A stretch of 64,000 nucleotides of DNA from Camelus ferus (lineage: Eukaryota), in the NCBI RefSeq assembly GCF_009834535.1, contig NC_045696.1, positions 8,372,001 through 8,436,000 of the forward strand. Reading direction: 5' to 3'. Below are positions 1-13,599 of this stretch, in pieces. How positions within the stretch are numbered: the stretch's first letter is position 1; every line of letters begins with the position of its first letter. Both the position numbers and the translations under genes were made by a program. A model generated the notes under the pieces. That model was not told the DNA's origin, ran no database searches, and worked only from the letters and a program-made list of their open reading frames with translations.

Positions 1-189
1 GTTGGGTTTACCTATTTAATTCTGTTCTCCAAAAGTACTAGTAAGTATTGCCTATTTGGTAAAGCATCTTTATAGGTTTATCCATATTATTAATAACAGT
101 AAAAATAAGACCGTCTATTTGTTGACTGTAAACACTTATTGACTAGAAGCAACACCAGATTGGGTTGAAAGAGACAGAAACAGAGCCCC

Positions 190-1060
190 AGTTAAGAAAG
201 CTGTAGAATCACCAACTAAGTGTCTTTATAGAAAAAGAAGGATGCTCAGAGGAAGTAACAAGAGCCCAGAGGGTGCAGCCAAGAGCCACTGGAGAGTGCT
301 GGGCCCTAGAAAAAAATTTGCACCATCTATATATTTGGAATTCAGAGCTGCTTTGGGTCAGTGCTGATGGCAGCTTCCTGTTTCTCCCTTCTTTGAATGG
401 GAGCATCCATTGTGGTTATTCTGTGCATGTGCCACCATTGTGGAGTATGTGTTTGTATATAGGAATGAAGATAACTGGTCTCTATAGTTCATAGTATTAA
501 GATGGTGATGAACAACCCTCAGTGAATTGTCTCAGAAGAGTCACACTCAGGGAGCTTCATTTATCCCTGGACATGACTTACAGGGATGAGGTTTTTGGCT
601 GATCTTGGGAAGAGGGTGTGAATTTTGCATGTAATCTGTGTCCAGAGGCAGACTGAATCTGGGCTCTGTAAATGCATGACTAATAAAGTATGGAGAAGTG
701 ACACTGTGCCAGTTTTCAGGCATAGACCTTAAGAAACTGGCAGCTTCTACCTCCCATCTCTTGAGATGCTTATTCTTGGAATCCAGCCACCGTGTTGAGA
801 GGAAACTCAGACTGCCCTGTGGAGAGGCTTCCGTGGGGGAGGAACCAACAGTCAGAACAACTGGCAGCCAAGTGAGGCAGTCCCCTGAGAAGAGATGGGT
901 CAGTCCCAGTAGAGCTGCCCCAGCTTATCACAGGTGGAATAGAGATGAGCTGTCCCTACTGGGCCCTGCTCAAGATCAGATTCAAGTGCACAGTTAATAG
1001 CTGTTGTTTGAAGCCACTAAGCTTGGAGTGATTTGCTTCACAGCAGTAAGAACAATTCCA
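190..1060 (+). mobile_element. MaLR (MLT1-type) internal remnant followed by LTR (~655-1060)
   Basis: GGCATAGACCTTAAGAAACTGGCAGCTTCTACCTCC..TGTTGTTTGAAGCCACTAAGCTTGGAGTGATTTGCTTCACAGCA is an MLT1-type LTR. The upstream part resembles an MaLR internal 3' end. Confidence 0.7.
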
Positions 1061-1260
1061 GGCACTGTGGTACTGACTTTTCATATATTTTCTTACTTAA
1101 TCCTCCTAACAATGCTATGACATAGGCATTATTTCTCCTCTTACAGTGAGAAAATTGAGGCTCAATGATTTAATAACATGCCCAAGGTCATACATGTAGT
1201 AAATGGCAATATTGAGATTGAAACTGAACAATATTGGATTGTGTCATTCTTTTAACTGCT
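1055..1260 (-). mobile_element. MIR SINE
   Basis: TTAATCCTCCTAACAATGCTATG..TTACAGTGAGAAAATTGAGGCTC..TGCCCAAGGTCATACA core. Confidence 0.8.
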
Positions 1261-2260
1261 AAAATGCTGAGTAGGGTGGGGCTGAGCTAAGAGAGCCATG
1301 CAGCCATTTACCAGATACCTACTGAATGCTTTCTGTGGAAAGAAAAGTAAATAAAACATAGTGCAAGAAAGTGATAGCTTAGGGAGGAGACAGACGTGAA
1401 AACAGATACAGTTGGGTATGATAAGCTGTGATGGCCAAAGTCAGGGGATACAACCATGTTTCCAGTCCTTTCTTTGCAGATTTTTCTACCTGCAAAGATA
1501 TACATGCTTTAATAAAAAAGTGATAGTGCTCTATAAATATTCTATGACCAAACTTTTTTCACATGTTTCTCTGTCATGTATACAGGCTCACTATTTTAAA
1601 TTGATGACCATGATTAAATTGCCCCCAATAGATGTTTCTTTTTTTTTTTTTTTGCTATTGCATGCAATATTGCATCAGATATCTTTATGTATATAGCACA
1701 CATGTGAGTGGTTCTTTAGGAATTGTTGGGTCAAAGGTAATGATTTGAAAATTATTACTAGGAAAACTTTATCAGTCTGTACTTTTACCAAGAATGTGTG
1801 AAAGGGCCAATTTCCCCCATCTCATGTTTACGAACACTGCTTTTATCAGTCTGTTAAGTTTTCGCCATGCTGATGGGAGAATATAGCATTATTCTTGTTT
1901 TAATTTGCAAGTTCCAGATTATCAGAGCATTTAACTTGCTTTTGGATGCTTTTACATATATATGTTTTTGAATTTTTGTTTTATTTTACATCCTTTCCTG
2001 CTTTCTTTTCTCTTAATCTTTTTTTTTCTTATGAATTTGCATGAGTTCTTTAAATAGTCTAGATATTACACTCATTAACTGTTGCAAAAACTTTCTCCAA
2101 GGCTGTTTCTTGTATTTTAATTTTGCTTAAGGAGGATTTTCTTATGGAGGCACTAAACGTTCATGACTGCAGAGCTTTCAACTTTTGTTTTTGGAGACTC
2201 CGGTTTTGTCTTGGTCAGGAATGACTTGCTCCAAGGTTATAAATGCTCTGTATTTTCTCC

Positions 2261-2262
<2 letters not shown>

Positions 2263-2303
<41 letters not shown>
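2263..2303. repeat. (CA)n microsatellite
   Basis: About 20 uninterrupted CA units. Confidence 0.98.
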
Positions 2304-2308
<5 letters not shown>

Positions 2309-3665
2309 TTAAATGTTTAACTCTTCAATCTGTCCAGAATTTGTTCTGGAGTATTCTATAAAGAAGGGATGTCTAGCTTATTTTTCTTAATAAATATCTA
2401 GTTATCTCAACACTATTTACTTGTTTACCCATCTTTTTCCCATTGGATTGAAACTTTATAAAAATAAAGTATCTCTGGGGCTGTTTCTGGACTCTGTTTT
2501 ATTTTATTGATTTATTTTTCTATTCTTGTACCAATAACACACTCTTTTCATTAACTCAGATTTGAAGTATGTTTTGATATTTAATAGCAGTTTTCATTAA
2601 TCTTTTCAAAACAAAGTTCTTATAGTTTCTCTTCATGATGAACTTGGAAATCAACTTGCCTCTTCCTTAAAATATTCTGTTGGATGTTGATTCAAATTGC
2701 ATTGAATTTATGGATTAATTTGGAGAGAACTGACATTTTTACATTTTTAAAATCTGCCCATTCATAGTGATTGCATTTACTTTATTAAAAATATCATTAT
2801 ATTTTACAATAAAGATTTTAAATCCTGGGTCTCATCTCTGTAAGCTCTGATTTATTTAGTCTTGTGATTCCAGTATGCACCCGAGAGACAAAACCATTCT
2901 TGTATAGTTGTTTTTTAAAAAAATGTTATTTCCTGTACATTTTTCATTAGGCTTATTTGTAAGTCTGTTATGTATCTGTTTGTTGCTGCTATTAATGATA
3001 TTCTTAAATGTATTAAAAGTTCAAGTTAGACTCCTACTTTATACCTTATGCCAGAATGAACTACAGATGGCTTAAATAGCTAAATATAAATATTAACTAT
3101 AAAAGTATTTGAATAAAATATGAGAGACATTCAATTTGCTATTGCTTGTGTATAAGAAAGCTATTGATTTCATATCTGATTTATTTTTAATAGTATTTCT
3201 GTCAATTCTCTTGGGATAGCAATTTGTCTGCATGTAGGAAAATTTTAATTTTTTGGTCTACATTGATACCTCTTATTTCTTTTACTTTTCACTCTTGTTA
3301 AATAGGACCTATAATATGGGACGATGATGAAGAGTCGCAGTGATGGTTGTCTTGTCCTCAAGCTTAATAGAAACCATCTAATCTGTTATTATTAAATATG
3401 AGATGGTTTTTCCCTAGGCAGCATGATTTTGCATCCTTTCTTAGGGTAATGAGAGTTTTTTAAAAAGTCTGGAAAGGGTGTTGAATTTTATCAAGGGAAG
3501 TTTTAGAATACACGGAGATGAACATAATATTTTGTCTTTATACCTGTTGATGTAGTTGACTGCATCATAAATTTCCAAACATTGACTCATTTTTGGATTT
3601 CTAGGAAAATTCTGCTTGGCTATGATTAAAAATAGTAACACGTTACTAAATTATTTTCTAATATA

Positions 3666-3765
3666 TAACAGTTTTAATTGAATTATAGTCATTTTACAAT
3701 GTGTCAAATTCTAGTGTAGAGCACAATTTTTCAGTTATACATGAACATACATATATTCATTTTTT
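3666..3765 (-). mobile_element. Very short 3'-end insertion of a younger L1, nested in the old L1
   Basis: CATTTTACAATGTGTCAAATTCTAGTGTAGAGCACAATTTTTCAGTTATACATGAACATA is near-identical to 34154-34216. Confidence 0.75.
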
Positions 3766-5934
3766 AGTATTTCAAGTCTATATTCATAAATTCATAGGTA
3801 ATTTCGACCTATGGTTTCACTTTTATTTTTTGTCTTGTGCTAACCTTGTCATCTGGTTTTGGAATCAAAGTGATGCTAGCTGTATAGAAAGTCTGGATTC
3901 CCTTTACTTTCGTGTAGTTTCAGATACATAATTTAAGGATTATCACTTGCTTCAAGGAATAGAAATCCTTGTAAAATTGCTTGATCTTGGTGCCTTGTTT
4001 TTGTTTTTAAGGATGCAAGCTTTGACTACCTTTTAAATTTTTGTAAGGGTATTCTTCTAGTCACATTTTTCTACCTCTTCTTGGATCAATTTTGATTAAT
4101 TCATATTTTTATAGAAAAATCATGCACTTGAGATTGTGAGAATTTATATAGTGTTATTTGTTTTTATTTAATAAAATCTCATGTATAGAGTTATGCTTCC
4201 TTTCCATTGTTAGGTTAATTAATATTTGAAATATTAATTCCAAATAACTGATTTGGAATTAATGTATCTAATTCTCTTTCACACCTCAAACAAAAGTAGA
4301 ACCTTAGCGTGTTCTCATTCATTTCGCTCTGCTTTCCAGCCCTGCCACGTCCCATTTTAGAGATCTTCTGGGATTTTAAGTTGGAGATTATTGTTAAAAA
4401 ATTTAAAAGATATTTCTAAGTGAACTATGTTTTATCTTTTTTTGTTTACTCTTGATCCATGGGTCCCACATCTTTTTTTTTAAATTAATTTCTCTTTTTT
4501 GCTTGATTAAATCTATTAGAGAAGGCCTGTGTGTAAATCTTTGAATGTCTGTGAAAATGCCTTCTTTTTTTTCCCGTGTCAATTTGGATAAGATTCTAGG
4601 TTCAGAGTAACTCCCTATCAGAACTTTTAAGGTATTACTCTGTTGCCTTTTAGCATCATGTTTTGTCCAGGAGAAATTTGATGTTGCTCAAACACTCATT
4701 CATTTTAAATAGACTGTTTTATTCTCTCATGAAGCATTTAGAAATTTCTTTGTATCTTTGAACTTCTGAATTTTACAACAGAGTGTCAAAGGGTAAGTCT
4801 TTTGGAAAGTGATGAATAGTTTTAATTCATGTTTCTTCAGCCTTGGGAAATTTTCTTTTTGTTTCTTTATTACTTGTTCTTCTCCATTTCTAGAATTTTT
4901 CTCTGTTCTCAATTTCTAGAATTTTCATTAGATGGATATTGGCACTTAATACCTTTAAAAAATATATACTTTCCATTTTCCCTTTTGGTGATAATAGTTC
5001 TAAATAAGCCCTTGGCTCAATTTTCCAGGTCAATAAGTTACTATTTAACTGTGCACTTTCTCCAACTCCATATATCCAGTGAGTATTTTATTTTCTGAAT
5101 CAGTTATAATTTCTGAGATTTTTCAAATTTTCTTGTATAGTAGCTGATTCTTAATTTATAGATAAGATAGCCACTCTTGTATTTTCAAAACATGAAATTT
5201 ATGTTAATCCTCTTCTGTTTGCTCTGTAAACTCTGTTTCCTTCTGTATTATTTCTTCTTCATAATGACTTTTTGTGCTGCTCTTTCCTTAAATCTTTGGT
5301 TCTGTGTTATCTGGTCAACTTCATTTAGTTTCTGGCCAGTTTTGATCACAGGTGCTCAACTCTGGTGCCTGGGCGGATGGGCTGCGGGAGGGTGTTCTGG
5401 CTTTTCTCCATTTGTCTCCCAGATCCGTGCTCTGTCCCAGCCAGCCTTGCTCTGGGCCCCAGGAGGCTGATCTCTGCCTCACTGAGCTCCCCTGCCCTCT
5501 GCTCAGAGGGAGACCCCAGCGGAGTCTGAAGGGTAGGAGGAAAGACTGGAGTACTGATCTCTCCTCCTCTCCTGCACTCCCTCTGTCGTCCTGGTTTGGG
5601 CAGAGGGGGTGTTTTCCTACCTGCAGCCAGAACTCCTGTAGCTACAGCTCCTCCAGCTTTCTGGTAACTGCTCCTTCTCCTTCCCCTTCAGGACTCGAGG
5701 AGGCCGTGGTTTTCCACTACTGCTGACCCCTGGGAGCTTCCTCATCCCTGGGTGCTTCCCTCAGTCCCATCCTTACCTCTTGAGATAGTCCATTTGTGAG
5801 TATCTCTTTGATCAGCTTTTCGAGTGTGCTGTCCACTTTCCGGTGGCACCTGATGGAGATGATGGAAGTGCTGGTGGGATGTTTTCTGTTGTGGCTCCTC
5901 CACATCCTTGCAGGGTTTCCTTGGCTATAGGATT

Positions 5935-6295
5935 AGGTGAGGAACTCATGTCAGCTGTAAGAAGTAGCCCCCAAATCTTAGTAGCTTAATAAAGATTTGT
6001 TTTTCTCTCTCTTGATTTTGGGATCCTGGTTCTTTCCATCTCTGGGTCACTGTCATCTTACAGGGGGTCCCTCATAGATCTTCACTGGATCCTTTACTTT
6101 TAGAGAAGGAAGAATGAGGATAATTGCATAGGATATTTCATAACCAGGGCTGGAAGGACTACCTTTCATTGTCACCTATTGGCTAGAAACTGGTTACATG
6201 ATCTCAACCTTATGACAAAGGATGTTGGCAAATATAGCCTTCCTGTGTGCCTAGGAAGAGGAAGATGAGCTTGGTGAGCATCAAGCCACTTTCTG
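5935..6295. mobile_element. Old MLT1 (J/K-like) LTR
   Basis: CCCCAAATCTTAGTAGCTTAA..CCTATTGGCTAGAAACTGGTTACATG..TCCTGTGTGCCTAGGAAGAGGAAG. Confidence 0.6.
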
Positions 6296-7574
6296 CTGTA
6301 GCTTCGGGTGAATGATGGCTCTTTGGCCTGAGTTTCCCAATCTGTCCCTTCAGCCTGCGTTATATGCTGCTGTTGGTCACAACCAGTTCAAGGCGGGGAG
6401 GAGAGAGGAGCCAAGACACGCGACCCCGTTGATCCCTTATTGTTTTTTCTGGATTTGCCTCTCTTGCTTCTTGGATCCATTGCCTTGGAGCTTGGAGCAG
6501 AGTGTAACCACGCCTCTCTGTAGCAGCCTTCTTCTGTTTGGTTGTATTTTTCTCCAACAAATCGATCCTGTCTGAATTTTGTCTTTCTGCTTTTTATCTC
6601 AAAATTTCTGGTGACTGTTGGGTACTGTTTCTTGTTTTGCACCATGCCTGTGGCTTCAGTATTTAAAAAACTGTCTCTTCTGTCATTTATAAGGATGTGG
6701 AGCAGGAGGGGAACTAGTGGAAATACTAAGTGTGTCACTTAGTCCAAACCTTCATTTTTGTGAAATTTGTAGAGTGTGGTGCGATCGGTTTAGGAACAGT
6801 CCCAGTGTGCAGTATGAAGAGATTGCTAAAAGAAAAATGAAATCACAGGCTACTTTGATAGACAGATTGATCCTAAAAGGGTGATTGATGATTCTGTGTT
6901 CTTGTAACTTCTGAAATGCTCTTTTTAGCTCTCGATATTGAAATTTAAAACACACATCTGCAGGTTGGGGTTTATCAAGGGAAGGACATCTATGGTGATG
7001 ATTTTTCTAGAAAACATGTCATAATGTAATTGTGGATGCAACAGGGGATATTCTGTAGGGAGAGTAAAATATAAGGGGGCATGGGGGCATCTGTGTGTCA
7101 AATATGCAGATTTTATGATAGTGATTTATTAATCTGCTGTAGATTTTTAGGGGGATTGATGTTAAGTATTGTGGTATGTCCTATAAATCTTATTCCCTTT
7201 AAAAATATTGAAACTTTTTTTTTTTAAGCTTAACTCTGTTCCTAAATACTTCTCCTAGTCTTTTAAGATGACCAACGGTGCCTGTTTATCTGGCACATTT
7301 GGACCATTTTGTAATATTTTCTTCTTCTTGGGAGTTTTGCAAGTTGTAGTCCTCAAAATGGTGATACTCCACCATTTTGAAAATGTCCTTTAAAGTTATG
7401 CAGTGTCAGAGGAAAGAGTGTGTAGAGTGGAAAACAATAAAATGGTCTATTTTTGTCCCATGTGTCTTTCTTTCAATGATAATGACTGGATGAAGGAATG
7501 AACAAATGTACTTCTTTATCATGTATGATACTGTGGGAAAGGGAGTGGTAAATTCGCCTTCCTTTGCACCCGCA

Positions 7575-7765
7575 CCTATCTATCCATCTATTTATTCACT
7601 CATTCAAGAAATGTACTGCATTCCTGTTATGAGCCAGGCATTTTAGGTACTAGGAATATAGCAGTGAACAAAATTTACTGTCCTTACAGAGCCTTACATT
7701 CAGTTGGGGAAACACAACAAATGAATCCATAAATGTAATGATAAGGGTGGTGAAAAAAAATAGAG
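7575..7765 (-). mobile_element. L2 3' end
   Basis: ATTCACTCATTCAAGAAATGTACTG..GCCAGGCATT..GCAGTGAACAAAA..CAGAGCCTTACATTC. Confidence 0.75.
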
Positions 7766-8492
7766 CCAGATCACTCAGTCCAGGGGCAAAAAGACCAGCT
7801 AGAGCATCTGATTGGCTACAAGAGGTCACATGACCAACCTTTCTCACCAGGTTTGGGAGCTAGCTGGGCAGGGACATTTTCAGCTTCTTTGGTGATAGGC
7901 TATGAAGACAGGCAGTGCGCGTGGGTAGAAGTTCCAAACATGGAGAAAGGGTTAAGATGCTGACAGCCAAGACAATGACAAGACTGCCCAGGACAGTCTC
8001 CAAAGATTATGTAATCCTTTATGTATTGGTGCCAGTCCAACCTAGTTGAGGGGCCCAGGCTTACTGCCCAGTTTCTGAAACTGCTTTTTCCCAACAGCAT
8101 CTATTTGGTTAACATTGTGAGAGGAAACCTTTTATACAGTTTTGTTCTTAGCAGTGTTCTAGCTGAGGTTTAGAATAAAAATTTTTTATTGGAGTGTGTT
8201 CTTTGATCAAAGCTGCTTTTTTTCCTCCCACACATGTAACTCATGAGGTATTTGAAAAATTTACAACATGCATATTTTGGAGAAGAAGTCTAGCCTGAGC
8301 GAGGTGTCAGATACTGCAGGCATTTTGGAAAATCATCTAAAACGTAAAGACACCATCTGTATGCTCTTAGGTAACCACATTACTGCTGGAGGCCCTGTGT
8401 TGGGGATGCCAATGGATGGGCAAGGTGGCGATTCAGTAAATGAGCAAGGAGACCATTTTAATTTTTACTGTGAAGTGTCATCTTCTGTCAGA

Positions 8493-8570
8493 ATAAATAA
8501 GATTCTGTGTCTTTGATTTTAGGTAGCACCCATAAATAAGATTGTATGTCTTTGATTTTAGGTAGCACCC
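8493..8570. repeat. 39-bp tandem duplication (37/39 identical)
   Basis: ATAAATAAGATTCTGTGTCTTTGATTTTAGGTAGCACCC (8493-8531) / ATAAATAAGATTGTATGTCTTTGATTTTAGGTAGCACCC (8532-8570). Confidence 0.95.
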
Positions 8571-8829
8571 AAACTTGTCTCTCCTTGTGTCTTTCCAGAT
8601 TGGAAGTTTATGTTTCCCTTCAGTTTCCTGTGGGAACCTCTCCATCCTCTTGAGTATTTTTCTTATCCTTCTTAGAACATTCTATAACATTCTGTAACTC
8701 ATTATATATTTCTTGGAAGACAAGAACTACCTTAAGCTCTTTTCAAATTATTCATCGTGTGTTCATTTAGCATAAGTTTATAAGTACATCGAGGAAGAAA
8801 GAAGGAAGGGAACATAGGTTCACACAGCA

Positions 8830-9015
8830 TCCTCGTATGCCAGGGGATTCCCACATGTGATCTCTTTTTGTCTTCATAGGAACCCTAAGTGCTGGGTATC
8901 AGAAGCCCATTTTATAGACAAGAAACTTGGGAGGCTCGAGATTGGGTAGCTGGCTCAGGGGCACACAGTTTTACCTGTTGGAGTTAGGATTTGAGCCCAA
9001 GGATACTCCATCACA
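8830..9015 (-). mobile_element. MIR SINE
   Basis: CCCATTTTATAGACAAGAAAC..GGATTTGAGCCCAAG. Confidence 0.7.
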
Positions 9016-10076
9016 AGTTCTGAGATCACTGGGGAGGAGATTGCGGTGGAGGCAATAGCAGAAGGGACCAGGGAAGACAGACCTCAGAAGGAAGGCGGAG
9101 ACTGGCCAGTGCACTGTGCTGGTGGAGTAAACCTCCCTTGATGAAGCCAGAACAGCTGAGCTTGCGTGTCCTTTCCCTGCTGACTGTCTTCTGCCCTCCT
9201 GAGCCGTGGGCAGGTGAGATGCTGCGAGGTGATGCAGGAAGGGAAAGGACTGAGAGGGTGAGTCTTGGTCTATATCAGTGTGTGGGTTATAAACCATGGA
9301 AATTGACTATTTTCTTTCTCTAAGTGTTTGAAATTGCCTGTGGATGAGATTTATCAGGAACTCAAATATTCCCCGTAGCTCAGTCATGTTTTCAAAAATT
9401 CACCTGTATTGTTTTAAGAAATATGAGTATCTCCTTATCTCCTAGGTTTTGGTTGCCTGTGTCTTGTTCGAGCCCATGAAAATAAATACATTTATTGAGT
9501 TGAAAAAAAAAAGGCTACATTCAGGCATCTCACACATGATACTGAGGGGGTGGAAAAGAGGATTTCAAAAAAAGTGCTTGTACCGAAGTCCTACGGTACA
9601 TGCACTTTTGAATTGTTCTTACTGGAATTTGCAAATGACCCATGTTCTATGTTTTACTGGATTTGAAGGTAAGCCACAGTTTGGAGCCCGTCTTGTCCTC
9701 ACTTATCCCTGCCACATTCCTGATATGTGGGCCAGAGATTTTTGGGTCAAGGTGTCCTCCTCATTTCTTTACTGAGGCTTTTACTAAGGTCAGTCTGATT
9801 ACCTGGGTAGCGTTTATGATTTAATCTCTTGAAAGAAACAGGAGACTGCCAGGTGCTATTTCCTCCTCTGAAAGTTCTCTCTGGATTATTCCTCAGCAAC
9901 CCCCAGCTTCCTGGCCTCAGCAGCTAAGGTATCACAATGTTTTGTTCTCGCAGGCCCTTCATTTGACGCTAACAAAAGCAAATCCAAAACATTCTCCCCT
10001 TAAAGGAAAATCGAGCATACAAGTTTTAAGGCAACAATCTAAAGTCAGAAAGTTTTAAAGAATTTTGGGTCATTTA

Positions 10077-10493
10077 CCTAGAGAATACCATATTAAATGA
10101 AATAAGTCAGACAGAGAAAGACAAATATCATATGATGTTGCTTATACGTGGACTCTCAAAAAAAAAAAAGATACAAATTTTATTTACAAACCAGAAATGG
10201 ACTTACTGACATAGAAAACAAACTGTGGTTACCAGTGGGGAAAAGAGGGGTAGATTAGGAGTTTGGGATTAACAATATATACATTACTATATATAAAAAA
10301 GATAAACAACAGGGACTGGCTGTATAGCACAGAGAACTATATTCAATTTCTTGTAATGAGCTGTAGTGAAAAAGAAACTGAAAAAAAATGTATGTATGTA
10401 TGTATATAGATAACTGAATCACTTTGCTATACAGGTGTTTGCTGTACACCTGAAACTAACATTGTAAATCGACCACACTTCGATACAAAAAGG
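10077..10493 (+). mobile_element. 5'-truncated L1 3' end with 18-bp TSD
   Basis: GAAATAAGTCAGACAGAGAAAGACAAATATCATATG (ORF2 end) through 3'UTR. TSD AGAATTTTGGGTCATTTA (10059-10076) / AGAATTTGGGGTCATTTA (10494-10511), beside a TTTT/AAAG endonuclease-type site. Confidence 0.9.
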
Positions 10494-12624
10494 AGAATTT
10501 GGGGTCATTTAAAAAGCTTAAAATAGTCATTCATGATTGGAAGCCGTTTTTTGGCTAGGAAGAGATCCGCCTTTCCAATCATCTCCCCTGAAAGGGAGCC
10601 TTAGCTACTATCCTGAACTTTAAGAATCGCAAAACTAAAACCAGTCACTGGAAGGAGTTGGCAAGCATGGAAGAGCAGGAATGGGGCCACCTCGTTCCAT
10701 GTGAGGTTCTCGAACTGATCTCTTGGGCCTCAGTTAGAACCATAACAGTATCTCAGAACAGGTCAACGGACACTATGAAAAACTAACTTCTGAAGAAGGA
10801 ATAGTCATAATCTCTGGTGGGGACTCGTGTGGGTATTGATCGGTCTTTATAATCGAGAAATTCTTCCTGGCACCTCACACAGCAGACCAGTCTCTGATTT
10901 GGTGTGATTCCAGGGTGCATCGTGTTTGGTGAATGGTAGTTCTGCAGTGTCTCTGGGCCTGTGACTGGTTAGTCCTGGGGGGGAGCAAGGACACACACTC
11001 CTTAGGGATTTTATCCCTTCCTGTCACTTCCTTGGGCTCCTCCCCACAAAATACTCTTCAGGACTGTCTCTGAGCTCTCCCTTACCCCTACCTGCTTCTG
11101 TTTCTGTTTCTAAGATGAGACTCACTGTCTCTCAAAGTGCCTGATTCTCAGCCTTTGTGAGCCTCTTCTGCTAGAATTTTTTGAGTGAAACTGGGATCTT
11201 CCCGAGCTCCGTGCTCCAGGCCCTTTCTGCCCCACTAGGGGAAGTGGCTCTGGGGATCTGACCCAGCGCTCAGGGCTGCAGCCAGTCACTCTGTGGCTCA
11301 CTCAGCTGTTCCAGGTCTACCTTACACCCAGGTCTGCCACTGGCTTCCATGCTGTCACGGGGCCCCAGTCCTTCCCTTGGGAATCTGCCTGGTACTCAAT
11401 CTCCCCACCCTGTTTGGACTGGCCCCTTCTGTTTGTCCTCACTAGCCCTCCCCAGGGGCTGGCATCTTGCCCCTAAGTCACAGTCCATTGGCGGAATCCC
11501 ATTTATCTGAACCTTTTCTCTGATGCTGTTTGGCTGTCTTTCTAACCATCTCCTAGAGTAGTTCCTGCCCCTGCTTCCTGCCTGCTCCTGGATTAGTTTA
11601 TTGGTTGGAAAACTTTGTAGTTCACCATGTTGACAGGTGTGCTCCCTTCCCTCACCTCGGCCCCATGCTGTACACCTCCCTGGGTGACTCGTGGCTGGTT
11701 GTCGCCAACCCCTTTGGACATTGGGCCCTGCTTGCTGAACTGGATTTGGAGGCTAGATCTGCCCCCAAGTCTCATCTACCCTATCGCCATCCCAGTGACT
11801 CCCTCAAGTTCTGGATTGGGTCACTACTGCAGTTAACCAGCCTTTGTCCATACAGTTCATATCCCCAAATCTCCCAATTGTTTGGATTCACGTTTTCTTC
11901 CCATATAATCTGTCCTTCCTGGTTTAGCTAATCTGCCTTCTCAAGTGTGGTCTCTCTTCACTGGCATATGTTTAGAGGTAATGTGAGGAGTAATTATCAG
12001 TGACTGTCCAACCTGGTAGTTGGTCTTGTCCCCACTCCTCTATTACAAATACGCCACCAAAGATCCTAATGGCTACCTTGTTGACAACACCATTGGCTCT
12101 ATCTCCATCCTTTCTCTCTTCCCTAATCTGTTTCCAACATCTGGCACAGCTGACCACCCATTCTTTCTGGACGCACCCTCTTGCCTTGCTTTTGATGGGA
12201 ATTTGTTTTCCCCGTAGTCTTCTTGGCACCCCGAATTTTGACTACCCCTGATGGCTTCTCTGGAGACTTCCTCCCCTTCTTCCCATCCCTCCTATCCTGA
12301 GGGTCCTTACCGTGTCTTCTAGGACCTCTGCCTTTGCTGTCTCGGTGAAGTCACATGCAGCTCTAAGGTGACTTCTGACATAGAGCTCCTTGGGGTGACC
12401 GAAGCTGATGGACCTTCACAGACACTTACCTGGGGCTCCGGAAGTCGGTGAAGGTTACAGACACTTAACTGGAACTGTAGGTTGAAAAAAGAAGTGGATG
12501 TATTCCCCTGATGAGCATGGTCTACTGCCATGGTTTTGCACTGTTGAGTAGCATTACACCCATACATACAGTGCTTCTTTTGGGCTGCTTCTTTGGTTTT
12601 CCCGTTGTCCCAGGGCAGCCCCTG

Positions 12625-12825
12625 AGGTGCCTCCCGGGGGCTCATCCTGGCTCACGGGAGCTGATGGAGCTGCAGCTCTTCTCTCCTCTGCATTCACTGA
12701 CCTCACGTGGGTAGCTGGAAATTAACCACGGTGGGAATGCAGCATGGAAATTTGCAAATACTACACATCAGGCCTCCTCCCACCTCCTCCTGAGACCCAC
12801 TTCTTAGACGTGTACCAGCCCATCT
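12625..12825. mobile_element. Degenerate hAT DNA transposon (MER63-like)
   Basis: CTGGCTCACGGGAGCTGAT..CCACGGTGGGAAT..GGAAATTTGCAAATACTACACATCAGG. Confidence 0.5.
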
Positions 12826-12914
12826 CTGTCTGCCAGGGGCCCCAGGGTCCTACACAGCAGAATTTGACAATTACCACTACGGTGGCTTAGTACCTGGGAA
12901 GTACTTTTACTTTA

Positions 12915-13316
12915 CTTGGGCTGCCTAAACAAAGTATCCAAACCAATACGTAAACAACAGACATTGACTGTCTCACAGCTCTGGAGGCTGGAAGTCCAAG
13001 GCCAAGGTATGGGTAAGACCATGCACCCTCTGAAGACCCTAGGGAGGTTCTGTTCCAGGCCTCTGTCTTCCCTTCTGGTGGTTTCCTGGCTTGGGGCAGT
13101 ATGGCTCCAGTCTTCACGTGGTGTTCTCCCTGTTGTGTGTCCATGTTCACCTTTTTAATAGGGACACCAGGTATGTTGGATTCGAGTCTGCCTGAATGAC
13201 CTCATTTTCACTTGATTTCCTCTGTAAGGCCTGATCTCTAGATGAGGCCACATTCAGAGATTCTGGGGCCTAGGACTCCAACATGTCTCATTTGGGGAAC
13301 ACAGTTCAACCCACAA
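12915..13316. mobile_element. MLT1 (B/C/D-like) LTR
   Basis: TCTCACAGCTCTGGAGGCTGGAAGTCCAAG..GGCCACATTCAGAGATTCTGGGG..GGAACACAGTTCAACCCACAA. Confidence 0.85.
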
Positions 13317-13599
13317 TGGTAGCCAAGCATGGATTTCGGTTCTGTTCTGTCCCTTAGTGAATGTGTGGCCTTGGTGTGACACTTACAAGTCCCAGTTCTA
13401 TATCCAAAAGATAAGAGGATTGGACCTTGTAATTTGGAGATTTTGTCTCTTAAATTCCATGGTTTTACAAATATACTTACTGTTCCTGAATCCCCATCAG
13501 TGAGATCAGCCTCTGATTTGCTTTTGTATTTCATGTATGAGGGGTGCTGTTTAGAATTGGCTGCTTAATAGCAGTGGCCTTTTTTTTTTTTTTTTTAAA

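Larger units (their letters stand above)
1540..5330 (-). mobile_element. Ancient fragmented LINE-1 (L1M-type), ORF2 and ORF1 remnants
   Basis: Long T-rich tract with L1 antisense signatures (GCATTGAATTTATGGATTAATTTGGAGAGAACTGACAT). The minus ORF 3441-3641 (VNYINRYKDKI) resembles ORF2 RT IHHINRxKDKN. The minus ORF 4727-4912 (ENFPRL) resembles ORF1 ENFPNL. A sense-oriented ORF2-like piece lies at ~3020-3130. Confidence 0.75.

Noticed and set aside
8493..8570. Direct repeats of CRISPR-like length
   Set aside because: Only two abutting copies, no spacers, mammalian context, no cas genes.
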